A stretch of DNA of 64,000 nucleotides from a virus: the IMG/VR virus record IMGVR_UViG_3300045988_086138; one strand, written 5' to 3'. The first letter of the stretch is position 1; the number at the start of each line of letters is the position of its first letter. The translations under genes were made by a program, and so were the position numbers. Below the pieces are notes generated by a model. The model ran no database searches, was not told the origin of the DNA, and worked only from the letters and a program-made list of their open reading frames with translations. Of this stretch, positions 63,593-64,000 are shown in pieces.

Positions 63593-63684
63593 TTCACGCT
63601 AATACAGCGAGTAATGTATCTGCTAAAGTTTAGTTAATTCATAGTTAGCAAACATCCTACACTTAGGACGTTGTTCACTCAAAA

Positions 63685-63714
63685 GCTCATTGCCTGTGAA
63701 GGTAGTGGGCTTTT
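63685..63714 (+). terminator. Intrinsic terminator
   Basis: GCTCATTGCC / GGTAGTGGGC stem (10 bp including 3 G-U), loop TGTGAA, then TTTTAATCTTT. Confidence 0.5.
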
Positions 63715-63735
63715 AATCTTTAAAAGGGATACTTT

Positions 63736-63957
63736 ATGGACAAGGAACAATTAGCAATTCGAAAGAATATTCGAATACTTGCATTAGATAATTTAATAAA
63801 TACTTATACTGATGCACTAGAAGATAAACAATTAAACCTGGAACCCGATGAAAGGGAACTTGCTTTAGATATAATAAATGAAGCAAGAATAATGCTATCA
63901 GAAGAAACCCAGGAAGTAGTTAACCCAGTAATACAAAGGCCCAAATGGAAGAAGTAA
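63736..63957 (+). CDS. Small hypothetical protein
   Basis: 73-aa helical ORF. Confidence 0.45.
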   Translation: MDKEQLAIRKNIRILALDNLINTYTDALEDKQLNLEPDERELALDIINEARIMLSEETQEVVNPVIQRPKWKK

Positions 63958-64000
63958 ATATAAGAACTCTCTTATCAAGTATTAAGATAACCAGAAATGA

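Noticed and set aside
1-64000. Stop-codon reassignment (TAG or TGA recoding), as reported for some gut Bacteroidota phages
   Set aside because: All large structural and replication genes are intact under the standard code and end at tightly coupled stops (ATGA/TAATG junctions). Nothing suggests recoding in this window.
1-64000. Prophage/lysogeny module, bacterial defence islands, or flanking bacterial genes
   Set aside because: No integrase, repressor/Cro pair, attachment-site repeat or bacterial housekeeping gene was recognisable. The window appears to be wholly phage sequence. Lifestyle cannot be decided from this fragment.

Overview
The window looks like about 64 kb of a large, AT-rich, tailed dsDNA phage genome (a contractile-tailed myovirus). 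It is almost entirely co-directional, tightly packed and translationally coupled, with many ATGA/TAATG overlaps. No integrase or other bacterial genes are visible. The left part (about 0.7-37 kb) is a virion module. It holds the large terminase, portal, an S78-like prohead protease fused to a scaffold, an HK97-type capsid region, a 2044-aa fibre, BACON/Ig-like repeat proteins and the sheath and tube. It also holds a tail-chaperone pair with a textbook -1 frameshift, the tape measure, a P2/Mu-like baseplate (LysM, hub, spike, gp25-like, J-like, I-like), a holin and a collar-domain fibre. The right part (37-64 kb) is a replication, recombination and nucleotide-metabolism module. It holds a DnaB-like helicase, primase, SF2 helicase, family-A DNA polymerase, RecA/UvsX-like recombinase, FEN, Mre11/Rad50-like pair, resolvase and a GroES-like protein. 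It also encodes transcription factors: one lone minus-strand sigma-like gene and a NusG/KOW protein. Three features suggest a Bacteroidota (Bacteroidales) host: most genes lack a Shine-Dalgarno sequence, TAnnTTTG promoter boxes are present, and there are BACON-like domains. The most interesting items are a dUTPase / MazG-like / double ThyA-fold cassette whose motifs resemble dCMP hydroxymethylase (possible modified pyrimidine in the DNA), a phage NusG-like factor combined with many internal intrinsic terminators, a protein with 43 consecutive Glu residues paired with a basic partner and sharing the capsid genes' codon usage, and the fibre and adhesin repeat architecture. All homology calls are by-eye motif recognition; nothing was searched or computed.
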